Source: Isurus oxyrinchus
Lineage: Eukaryota
Assembly: GCA_026770705.1 (NCBI GenBank)
Contig: JANJGN010000210.1
Coordinates: forward strand, 248,001-312,000
Direction: 5' to 3'
DNA: 64,000 nt
Below, piece by piece: positions 23,261 through 34,642 of the stretch. Both the position numbers and the translations under genes were made by a program. The stretch's first letter is position 1. The number at the start of each line of letters is the position of its first letter. The notes beneath the pieces are model-generated. The model saw only the letters and a list, made by a program, of their open reading frames with translations. It was not told where the DNA came from and ran no database searches.

Positions 23261-26046
23261 GGACCACAAATGGCATCACGATGTGAGAAACTCTCAGGGG
23301 AGATCCAATCCAGCTGCCCTGGGAGCCAGCAGTGCCTTTTGCATTGACGGTGATCATGGTACTTTAACTCCTTGCAACAGGCTTATTCCAGGCAGCCTGT
23401 GGAGACCTCAGAGGGATAATGTCGCCTGCTCCATACCATTGCATCAAGGCGTTCACAGATGTAATGTTCTGAAGGGTTGGAAATTACATGGACAGCCATG
23501 CACCTTTATAAACAGGAAAGATTTACACTTGGTCAATGTGCAGCTGGTGTGCCACCATTAGGTGGCGTCCAGCGATCATGAAAGGCACTATATTCGTGCT
23601 TATATTTTTGTTATGAATTATAGGCGCAAAATAAAAAGTGTCGGATTGAGCCAATGAGCCATAGCTTTCCAGACTGACCCTAAATCCAAGCAGTGGGTGA
23701 AGCCGCTCAGCACCCTGGAATAAAAGAACTATCCATTCTTCAAAACCTCCCCTCCCACCCTCACTGCTGCTTCAACATAGCCCTGCATTTTATTTCCATT
23801 GGAGACCATGTCTCCATTGATAATAGATTAGACCCTGTCCAATTGTCCTACTTAGGTTACCCTGGAGCATGACGCCTGTTGCCATGGTTTTCACACCTCA
23901 ACACTGTTGTAATTGACGTGAACTGACAGAGCTTCTGGTCTACAAGGCAGGTGCAGTTTCATGTCAGGGATGTTGCTAAGACTCTCAATGAGTACTTTCG
24001 ATCAGCACTTTCGGTCAGCTGCACACTCGGGATGGGCGAAGTGAACAATTTCTGCAAGCTGTGGAACTCTGCAGAAAAACAAACTATCTTCTCTCAAAAT
24101 CTGTTTGCCTTCATAACCGCAGGTAATTCTAGCAGGGTAAAATTGGGATGAGTTGTGGCCGATACCAAGGGAAACAATACCTGCTGACGTGAGCATTACT
24201 ATGGGCGCAAGCTAAAGCCACTCCCGCTCCTTCCATCTTAATTTCTGAAGGCAGCGACTATGTGAGCGAATCACCATGACCCGGATCCCGAAATCAGGCT
24301 GAGAACGAGCAGATTAGATGCACACACGTTAAAACAAATAGATTCAAAAGACGTTGAGAAGGAGGGTGAATAGACCCACCAACATGAATGCAAACTGTAA
24401 TATCCACAGTAGTTCAGACAGTGGGAGAATAGAATTCTATTCGGCAGCAAAACATAGCGAGAAGTGAAATAATAATGAAGACCGGCGCTAGAGAGTTCCA
24501 CAGATTGATTCCTGACTCTGTAACTCTCCGGGATGCCCGCGGTCGGAGAAGTGATGTAATTACCCGTCCCACTGGATTTCTCATTCATGACAAACAGGGA
24601 ACGCCGACAGAAATATTCCTGATATCAGAGCGGGCAAGGCGGGACAGACAGAGAGAGCAAACAACGGAAGCTGTTGCTGGGCCGAGGCAAGACAGATGTA
24701 ATACATATACAATCTGAAAGGATTTCTCGCGTCATCCTTGGCTTATATCAAAGCGTTTGGATGCTAATTCAATTGAAAGAATCCAGTCCCAGGAGACAGA
24801 CTACAGTACTTGTGTCATGTAACAGTCGGCTGAACAAAAGACCAGGCGATAGAATAGTGGTAATGCTGCTGATGAGAGTAATACAGAGCATTAATACTCT
24901 GGAGATATGAGTTCAAAGCGAAACAAAGATCATGGAAGTGTCACATGGTTATAAAACCGCACCTGGTTCACTAACCTGCCTCGGATAAGGAAATCCGTCA
25001 CTTTTGCCCATGTGACGGCAAATTCACAGCAATGAGCTTGCTTCATTACTGCGCCCGGAAATTTCCTCGCAGGCCACTCATTTGAATCAAGCCACCACAG
25101 AAGAATAGGACTGTGTGTGCATCTACATCACAGACAAGACGGCTCACTATCACCTTCGCAATGACATGTCGCAATGCGCGCTTAATTTTGCCCATGCCGG
25201 CTGTGTTCAATTCTAAAGAACGAATTAAAAATTATTTCAATCACCACCCCATCCGAGTGCCCCAATGTAGCCGTATCAGGCAGTGGCTGTGTGGAAACGT
25301 ACCCTACAGCAATATCCTCAATGGAAGTGTTGAAATAAAACTGGAGAACATTGATAAAACATATAAGAGCTCAAAATGAAATATCGAGATATCTTTCGTA
25401 CACACAGGGAATAACGAATATGTTCTAATTACGTTCAGTGAGAGTTAGGGAGGAGTATCACCTGGACAAGTTTAAGGGAACTCTTGGGGAAGAAGAGAGA
25501 GAGGGAGCCCCGGAGAATTGAGTTAAAACATGAAAAACCGACATGAAATAGATTTCACCATTTCAAAACGAGAAGCAGTGCTTCATTTTCTACATTCTTG
25601 TTGTCAAGGAGAATAACCTTTTTCTTCGAAATGTGTTCAAGTTTACCATTTTCGTGCATTGACAAACAACCGCCCCTTTGCAGCCTCTCGATAGCTTAAT
25701 TTCCACCATAGCTCTGCATAATCGGAAAGCCTGGAAACATTATATCTGTTCCTTCTCCATCTTGATAACGTCCAGTTGGACTCCATCGGATCAGGAAGGA
25801 TTTCTTCCCCAATCCTGCACTGTAAATCCGAATCGATTCCCTCTGTAAGGATAGTGAGTGTAATCCAGGTCAAGGCGCTTCGAGTTACTCTCTGCTCTCT
25901 CAAAACCTGGTGTTCTCGGCTCACCACAGGGGACACAGGAAGTGAGGTGTGAACATCCTGAGACAGAGCAACAGATTATCGAGGGCGGGGATTAGAAAGG
26001 GTGTCTTCAAATATCGAGCAGCCGTTTGGCAGGGCGGACAGCGACA

Positions 26047-26514
26047 ATGCGGCTACTCAGCATCTGGGCTGTGTGGACAGCGATTCTGACAGGTAAACGT
26101 GAAGGGAATACACTTCATCTTTTCTCTCTTTTCTCAGGCATGTTTTCAATCAGATTTCAATAAGCTATCGGTCTTAACTTTACTGTTTTAATACATCTTT
26201 TCCAGGCGGGACTCATGGAGATTCTGTCACTCAGCCACTCTCATCAGATGTTAAGACCGAAGGCGAAGAGGTGACTTTGAAATGTAACTATGATACTACA
26301 AGTGACAGCTATGCGTTATACTGGTACCGGCAACACCCAGACACACAGCCCCAGTTTGTACTGTACAAGGATGATTATGGCAGTGAGAATAAAGCAGAAT
26401 TTGCGAAAAGTCGTTTCACTGTAAAGCTCCAGATCTCCACTAAATTCACCAGTTTAACCATCTCGAGTCTGCAGCTGGCTGACGCCGCCGTCTATTACTG
26501 CGCTTTCTGGGACG
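26047..26514 (+). CDS. Intact TCR Valpha/delta segment (leader 26047-26092, V exon 26206-26514)
   Basis: MRLLSIWAVWTAILT/GT..AG/GGTHGDSVTQPLSSDVKTEGEEVTLKCNYDTTSDSYALYWYRQHPDTQPQFVL...LTISSLQLADAAVYYCAFWD. C23, W41 and C104 are present and there are no stops. Confidence 0.95.
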
Positions 26515-26553
26515 CACAGTGATGAAAATCAGTCTCACCCCTGTACAAAAACT
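26515..26553 (+). other. 23-RSS of the intact V
   Basis: CACAGTG, 23 bp, ACAAAAACT. Confidence 0.95.
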
Positions 26554-26899
26554 GCCTATGCACTGTTAGTGGGAACTCCAGTCTGTTGGGGTCTGTGTCG
26601 AATCTCGGGTAGATGAAGTGACAATGCTCAGCGGCGCTGCCAGCCGCTCAGACACATAGCGACGCGAAACCACATTAACCTCGGATCAAACTGCCGCCCA
26701 ACTGTTCCCAGGAGCGGCCCAGAAAATCAAACAAACTGCAGAATCCGATCGGGCAGACAGACATGGAAGGGAATTTGACCTGACGTCCGATCCTCATTCG
26801 TTGTTCATTATCACCAGTAAATCAAGGTTAATGGAGGATGAGGGAGACATCTGCAAACAGAATGCAAACCGAGGGCGATCTATGCTTGGTTCAGTAATC

Positions 26900-27245
26900 A
26901 CAGGGCTGGACTGCACTAGCCATATAAATACTGTGGCTACAAGAGCAGGTCAGTGGCTAGGAATCCTGCGACCAGTAATTCACTCCCCTATTCACTAAAG
27001 TCTATCCACCTTCTGCAAGGTAAAAATCAGGAGTGTGATGGAATACTCCTCACTCGCCTGGATCAGTGCAGCTCCCAAAACACTCCAGAAGCTGGACACC
27101 GTTCAGGACAAAGCAGTCCGTTTAATTGGCACCACATTCACAAACATTCACTCCCTCCACCACCAAAGCACCGTCACAGCAATGTGTACCATATACAAGA
27201 TGCACGGCAGGAATTCACCGAGACTCATTCGACAGCACCTTCCGA
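26900..27245 (+). mobile_element. LINE fragment
   Basis: MEYSSLAWISAAPKTLQKLDTVQDKAVRLIG. Confidence 0.75.
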
Positions 27246-28426
27246 TAGCAGATGGATGGGAATACCAGCAAAAGTAGGACAGCAAAAGGTAAAAAAAAGA
27301 TATAGATGCATTTCTGAAATTCAACTTCGGTTTATATTGTGAGTTGAAATAAACTACTCTAAATCCGGTACTGATTGTCACCTGTATTGAAAGGGAAAAA
27401 TATAGATAAAGGAGTAGAGACTGGTTTCAAGGGAAGGCATCCCTGAAATTCATCGTGGAGCCTGAATTCTTCCTCCTCCTCATTGGTGTGAAGGAGCCCT
27501 CTTATGCGCACTGACTGGAATTCTCAGTGTGAGGCTTTCTACGGGCTCCTGGAAGACATGTTCAATTGTTATTCATTCATGGGATATGGGCTTCGCTGGC
27601 TGGGCCAGCATTTATGACCTATGTGTAATTGCATTAGAAGTTGGTGGTAAGCTATCTTCTTGAACCGCTGAAGTTCATGTGGTGCAGGTTCAGCCACAGT
27701 GCTGTTCGGGAGGGAGTTCCAAGATTTTAACCCAGCGACAGGGAAGGAATTTCATGCAGTGAATAATACATGTGTCACAATTGCATTGGAGCATCTCAGA
27801 TTGCAACCGTTGTGTAGATAGTTTAAGTACAGTTGCGCTGGCTCACTGTCTGTAAAGGCCACGTTGACATGTTTATATTTTCATTGATTGCATTGAAGCA
27901 CTTCATGATCTATTTGGAAAACTGTAATATGATTTCATTTTTTGTGATGACCACTTTGAAACGCTTTGAACTGTTCTTTCAGATATTTTATGAATAAAGT
28001 ATATTTTACCTAAAATAAACTGGATCACAGGAGGCAGACTCACTGATGGGAATGGAATAATTACTGATTGATTTAGTGACTTGGTTCATTTATTACTATC
28101 ATCTTAGCAAGATGCGTGGAAGACAATAAGTGATACCATAGGTAAAAGTTAGAAATGGTGGAAAATACTATCTGGAATGTGCAGGGACAAGAATTAAACG
28201 CTGCTCCCACTGGGGGCGAGTACTGTCACTGATACTGTATCTATTCTTTTAGCTGGGAGGTCTCATCTACATCTGACCTGTTCACTGCACTTTGTCTTGT
28301 GCTACATGCGACTGCCGAATTGTCACCACAGCCGTTTCGGGTCAGTGCCCATCTGAGAGGCTTTGAAGAGTAACTCTGGCCCGCGGAATGGAAGGAGAAA
28401 TTGCCCGGGTGAAAGTTTGATTTCCT

Positions 28427-28440
28427 CCACCAGGTGGCAG
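28427..28440 (+). promoter_or_regulatory. CTCF consensus motif
   Basis: CCACCAGGTGGCAG. Confidence 0.5.
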
Positions 28441-29234
28441 ACGAAGCCTAGATATCGCCCAGCTCTCTGCCTGGAGCAGCCCTCAGCCGCTGACCAGCCT
28501 TGGAATTGTCTATCAATCAATCTGTGCTTATAAATCCCATTTCGCTCCTGGAATCCACTCCAACTCAACGCATGGCATTCACCCGTCTGCTGGGTAACGG
28601 GAGTCGCTGTCCCACTCGCTGGTCCACGGGAAAAGCAGTGGAGAGTTCAGTTACTTTTACTGAATTCGCATCCATTCTGTCAATGTTTCCTCAGTCAATT
28701 CTAAGGGAGGTCAATGGCAGAGTGATTAATGCTGCTGAGTCCGCGCAATCACCACCACACATCTGATACAACAACAACCCTCAAACCCCCTCCGCCCCCA
28801 CATTCCCTTCTGAAGCAAATGTGGCTCTTTCTCATTTTGTGGCTCTATTTGAATGGAGACGAATGGCAGCCGGAAAGCATCTGATGTGTTCCTGCTCCAT
28901 CTCAGAAGATGGATCTCGCTTCTTTAGACTTCTGGGTCTCAAGCCAAACGCCACAGGGTGAAAGGTCAGCCTGTGCCCCAATGGCCAACTTAATGGCTTG
29001 TCATAGACAAGAGGCCCTCTGCGAACTCGGCTGAGGCCGAGCGGACTCCGGCTTCGTGAAGATCCTGGAACAAAGATCTGACTCACCCAAGTCACAGCTA
29101 TGTGCAAAGCAGCAGAAAGCATGAGAGCATTGGGTCCTGAAAAGCGATGAAATGCCACCAGAGTGCGTGTCAGCTTCAATTGGACTTCAGCATGGCAGTG
29201 TGACCTGAATATTCGGATAAGTATAAGAGAGACT

Positions 29235-29430
29235 TGCATTCAGACCCGGCAGAAATTGGCATCAGCGATTGCAATCGGAATTATCCCAACTGATTGAAAC
29301 TCAGTGCAGTGCAAACACCATCGGTATGGGGGCTACCACTGGTGCAGACAAGTACAAAATCGCGGCCCAGAATTCATAACATTAGTGACCGCAATACTGA
29401 CGGGGCCGTACAGGCTTTATTTGCACCGTA
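29235..29430 (+). pseudogene. Probable V-segment relic (FR1-FR2) truncated at a CR1 insertion
   Basis: IQT...VQCKHHRYGGYHWCRQVQNRGPEFI has V-like C..W-x-RQ..GPEF spacing. A leader-like MWLFLILWLYLN lies near 28819. No FR3 or RSS found. Confidence 0.5.
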
Positions 29431-29432
29431 GG

Positions 29433-31730
29433 AGAACAAAGAACAAACAACAAAGAAAGGTACAGCACAGAAACAGGCCCTTCGGCCTTCCAAGCCTGCG
29501 CCGATCATAGAGCTCGTAACTAAAACATTTTGCACTTCCCGGGTCCGTATCTTTCTATTCCCATCCTATTCATGTATTTGTCAAGCTGCCTCTTAAACAC
29601 CACTATTGTACATGCTTCCACCGCCTCCTCTGGCAGCCAATTCCAGACACTCACTACGCTCTGCTTAAAAAAACTTGCCCCGCACATATCCTCTACAGTT
29701 TTCTCCTCTCACCTTAAATCTATGTCCGCTATTAATTGAATCTTCCACCCTGGGGAAAAGCTTCTGACTATCTACTCTGCCCATGCCACTCATAATTTTG
29801 TAAACTTCTATCAAGTCGCCCCTCAACCTATGTTGCTCTAGTGAGAACAATCCGAGTTTCTCCAAACTCTCCTCATAGCTAATAACCTCCAGACCAGGCA
29901 GCATCCTGCTAAACCTCCTCTGTATCCTCTCCAATGCCTCTATATTCTTCTGTTAATGTGGCGACCAGAATTACACGCAATATTCCAAGTGTGGCCTAAC
30001 CAAGGTTCTATACAGCTGCAGCATGACTTCTCAGTTTTTATACTCAATACTCCTGCCAATGAAGGGAAACATGCCGTATACCTTCCTGACTACCTTATGC
30101 ACCTGCGTTGCCACTTTCAGTGATCCTTTGACCTTTAGACCCAGATCCGTCTGCCCGTCGATGCACTTAAGAGTTCTGCCATTTGCTGTATAATTCCTGC
30201 CTGTATTAGACCTTCCAAAATGTATTACCTCGCATTTGTCCGGAGTAAACTCCATCTGCCATTTCTTCGCCCAAGTCTCCAACCGATTTATATGCCGTTG
30301 TATCATTTGACAATCCTTCTTTACTATCTGCAACTCTCCAACCTTAGTGTCTTCTGTAAATTTACTAATTAGACCAGTTACATTTTCCTCCAAATCAGTT
30401 AAGTATACAACAAACAGCAAAGGTCCCAGCACTGATCCCTGCGGAACTCCACTAGTCACAGCTCTCCATTCTGAAAAGCATCCTGCCAATGCTACCCTCT
30501 GTCTTCTATGACCAAGCCAATTCTGTATCCACCTTGCCAGCTTACCTTTGATCCCGTGCAACTTTACCTTCTGTATACGTCGACCATGAGGGACCTTGTC
30601 AAAGGCCTTACTGAAATCCATGTAGATAACATCCACTGCCCTTCCATCATCGACCATCTTTGTCACTTCCTCGAAAAACTCGATCAATTTAGTGAGACAC
30701 GACCTCCCCTTCACAAAACCATGCTGCCTCTCACTAATATGCCCATTTGCTTCCAAATGGTAGTAAATCCCGTCACAAAGAATCTTCTCCAATAATTTCC
30801 CTACCACTGATGTAAGGCTCACCAGCCTGTAATTTCCTGGATTATCCCTGCTACCCTTCTTAAACAATGGAACAACATTGGCCATTCTGCAGTCCTCTAG
30901 GACCTCTTCCGTAGCCAGTGAGGATACAAAGATTTCTGTCAAGGCCCCAGAAATCTCCTCCCTTGCCTCCCTCAGTACTCTGGGGTAGATCCCATCTGGT
31001 CCTGGGGATTTATCCACCTTAATATACTTCAAGATGCCTAACACCTCCTCTTTTTTGATCTCCACATGATCCAGGCTATCTACACACTCTTCCCTAGGCA
31101 AATCGACCGCTATGTCCTTCTCTTTGGTGAATACTGATGAGAAGTATTCATTTAGTATCTCTCCCATTTCTTCTGGCTCCACACACAGATTCTCACCTCT
31201 GTCCCTGTGTGGGCCAACCCTTTCCCTGGTTACCTTCTTGCTTTTTACATATGTATTAAAGGCCTTGGGGATTTTCCTTAATCCTAGTTGCCAGTGACTT
31301 TTCATGACCCCTTTTAGCCCTCCTGACACCTTGCTTAAGTTTCTTAGTACTTTCTTTATATTCTCCGGGGTCTTCATCTGTTCCCAGCCTTTTAGCCCTT
31401 ACAAATGCTTCCCTTTTCTTTTTGACTAATTTCACAATATCCATCGTTATCCACGATTCCTGAAACTTGCCATGCTTATCCTTCATCCTATCAGGAACTT
31501 GCCGGTCCTGAACTCTTATCAACTGACGTTTGAAAGCCCCCGACATGTCCGTTGTTGATTTGCCCTCAAACATCCGCCTGCAGTCTAGATTCCTCAGCTC
31601 CTGCCTAACATTGCTCTAATTAGCCTTCCCCCAATTAAGCACCTTAACCCGATGACTCCTGTTATCCTTATCCACTTGTACCTTGAAACCTATTGAATTA
31701 TGGTCAGCTTTCCCGAAATGCTCCTCTAAT
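29433..31730 (-). mobile_element. 5'-truncated CR1-type LINE with reverse transcriptase (ORF 30031-31377), inactive
   Basis: KSPGPDG, NYRLVSLTSV, QHGF, YMDFSKAFDKV, SGVPQGSVLGP; catalytic FADD is changed to FTED. Short-repeat 3' tail at 29433-29455. Confidence 0.95.
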
Positions 31731-32479
31731 GTTATGTACTGACATAACTAGAAGTTATGACATTCTCAGTATTGAGGGCATCACGGCATCAGACGTTGGA
31801 GTGTTGGGTGTACAGTGAGACATGGAGGGGCCGAGACCAAGTGGGCCCATACAATACCCGCTGCGGGTTCCCATCAGCCAGCCCCTACACAGGTACTATT
31901 ATGTGGCCTACTTTCCACAGGCTTCACCCATCCTATAAGGAAAGGATAACTAGATTATCCTAAATGTGCTGACTCCCTTGGTAGGTAGAGTATCATCGAC
32001 CCCGCCCATTCCCCCGGGAAAGGGGTTTAGAAATCATGGTGAGTATTTTACTTGTTTTGTTACACACAAGTCCACAGGCTCCACACATTCTGTAAGGAAA
32101 TGGCTCCTTGTGTTGTCCTGATGGCGTTAAATGTTTACTGAGTTACAGCGCCTCGGGAGCTCACTCATTTTGTAAGGGATGGTTTCCACTGGATTTGCAC
32201 ATCCAGTGTCAGGCTGGTCGCTTGTGAGAATGATTCTCATAAAGAGATGTGCTTCCCCTCACTTCCTTCCTCGCGGAGCAGAAGCAGCTGCTGGTCTTCA
32301 GACAACTGATAGGTTCAGAGCTGAACCGCGGGGGAAATGAGCAGCGGGCTAACAAACCACCTCCTTATATCCGGTGAACAGTATCAATTTCAAGCCAATG
32401 AGGAGAGGGAAAAATAAACACGTGACCGAGACATTGAATATCCATCATTGACTTTAAACAGCCAACATTTTAATCTCTT

Positions 32480-32580
32480 TGAAGTTCTGTCGAAGGATCA
32501 TGAGGACTCGAAACGTCAACTCTTTTCTTCTCCGCCGATGCTGCCAGACCTGCTGAGTTTTTCCAGGTAATTCTGTTTTT
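32480..32580 (+). mobile_element. Penelope-like terminus with minimal hammerhead-like motif and 13-bp TSD
   Basis: TSD ATTTTAATCTCTT at 32467-32479 and 32581-32593. Motif AGTT-CTGTCGA-AGGATCATGAGGACTC-GAAA-CG-TC-AACT. Confidence 0.75.
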
Positions 32581-32659
32581 ATTTTAATCTCTTCACCCGA
32601 TTCACTTTCTTCTGTTATGAGCTGCCTCCTATTATTGTATTGACATTCTCATAGCCACC

Positions 32660-33135
32660 ATGTGTTGTGTCGCCCCGTTAAAGCTATTATCCGTCATCCT
32701 GGTGATGCGAACAGGGAGGTACAGGACAGGTACCCAATAACCCAGAGTGAGTTTTTCATTATTCATCTCGTTTTTCCAGTTTTTCATACCCTGAGTACTT
32801 CTGCAGGTCGATGTCTCTCGAACCGTGTCCTTCAATCTCCCGCTTCGAACACAGTCCAGAGCGGGGATTCGCTGCAGATGGACTGCAGCTACGAGGTGTC
32901 CGACTTTTAGGCGATGCGTTGGTATAGACAGCAATACGGCCAGGGACTGCAGTGGATTATAAAGCGAGCATAGATTGGCAAATAGACACGCGGGCGATAT
33001 GAACTGAAACTTTCCGAGTCGGAGAAACGCGGCAAACCGCTCATTGAAGGCACTGACGACGCCAATGTCACGGTTTATTAATGTGCGGCTGAGCCCCACA
33101 CTGAGACAAAACCGGGCAGTCACTGTCCAAAAACC
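32660..33135 (+). pseudogene. TCR Valpha/delta pseudogene (multiple stops) with 23-RSS
   Basis: V exon from 32807: RVLQSPASNTVQSGDSLQMDCSYEVSDF*AMRWYRQQYGQGLQWI...VY*CAAE. CACACTG 33097-33103, 23 bp, CCAAAAACC. Probable leader ATG at 32660. Confidence 0.85.
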
Positions 33136-34154
33136 TCGCTCCTGGTGACAGTTCCGGAAGAGAGGCAGCAATCTCTTTGATAAAACAAGGCGGGCCAGGC
33201 GGCTCAGAGCATGAGCGGCTAACGACAGAGACGGGCAGGAGTGCCACTGGTTGCCTAGTAAATCCAGGGCTGCCGCGGATTGTCTAGTAAATCCTACTGG
33301 AGAGGATCTTTCATCAGAGATACTGATGGTCACAGCAGAGAGTGTCGGACTGTGGATGCAGTTAGTCAGTGCGGTCTTTCCTACGTGGGGAGCTCCATTG
33401 TCTGATTGTGTCCCAGGGAACCGAGAGGGATCCTGAGTGTTTAATTTATGCCGTTGTGTGATGATTCTTAAAGAACATTAAGATAATCATACAGTAAAAT
33501 CCGTGCTTAAATTTGCCCCAAATTATGAGCAAACAGTTATTTGAAAGAATGTGCTTGCGATTGTCCTGCGGATGATATTTTACCGACCCCCAACCCCCTC
33601 TTCTATCTCGCAGGGAAATGTTAACCAAATTCGAAACAAAAACAGAAAATGCTGCAAACACAACCAGAAACAGTATGAAGGCTCCAGTCTGTGACCTTTC
33701 ACCAGAAATCAGCAACTCCTCAAACTGAGTTCAGGTGGAATGTCGCGGACGTGAAACCTTATATCTGATTCTCCCTGCAGCAATGTTTTCCGACTTGCCG
33801 AGTATGGCAAGAATTACCTGTTTTTGCCCCCAAATGTATTTGAATGGGAGCATAAAGCTGCTGATGACAGAGTCCTACCAAGTGAGAGGCAGCAGCCATC
33901 ATTAGTTGTAACTAGCTGTGGGTTAGAGTCCCATGCACGGCAAGACATTTGTAAGCCAGATGGGTTTTCGTGACAATTGTTTTTTTCCTGCAGATTATTA
34001 GACAAAGTTATTAAACTCAAGTTTTACCATTTGTCGTGGTGGGATTCGAACACTGGACATTGTACAATGGTGTTGGATTACTAGCTCATCGATAATTCCA
34101 CGACACCACTGTAGCACACTGCCTTAACGCAAAAGCAGAAAGGTTAAGGAGTAT

Positions 34155-34469
34155 GATTCCGCCAGTGTTCAGCAGAGGGTAGATTGCTAAAGTTGTCTGT
34201 GTGTGATTATGACACTGCGCAGCAAAGGGTAGATTGTTAAAGGTGTGTGTGTATGTGTTTGTGTATGTGTGTGATTTTGACATTGTCCAGCAGAGGGTAG
34301 ATTGCTTAAGATGTGTGGGTGGGTGTGCGTGTTTGTCATGATCACAGTGCCCAGCAGAGGGTAGATTGCTCAAGGGCTGTCTGTGTGTGCATGTGGTAAT
34401 GACAGTGTCCAGCAGAGGGTAGATTTCTAATGTTGTGTGTGTGTGTGTGTGATTCAGGCAGTGTCCAGC
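34155..34469 (+). repeat. About 60-bp minisatellite (CAGTGTCCAGCAGAGGGTAGATT + TG-rich) running into the gap; one related unit at about 18240
   Basis: Five full units and a sixth partial unit visible. Confidence 0.85.
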
Positions 34470-34642
34470 NNNNNNNNNNNNNNNNNNNNNNNNNNNNNNN
34501 NNNNNNNNNNNNNNNNNNNNNNNNNNNNNNNNNNNNNNNNNNNNNNNNNNNNNNNNNNNNNNNNNNNNNNNNNNNNNNNNNNNNNNNNNNNNNNNNNNNN
34601 NNNNNNNNNNNNNNNNNNNNNNNNNNNNNNNNNNNNNNNNNN
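34470..34642. other. Assembly gap
   Basis: Run of N. Confidence 1.

Noticed and set aside
30031-31377. Active reverse transcriptase gene
   Set aside because: 5'-truncated CR1 with frameshifts either side and catalytic FADD changed to FTED.
32632-33333. 233-aa minus-strand ORF
   Set aside because: Antisense to a V pseudogene, with no recognisable domain.
34155-34469. CRISPR-like repeat/spacer appearance
   Set aside because: Vertebrate DNA, the 'spacers' are related TG-rich sequence, and there are no cas genes.
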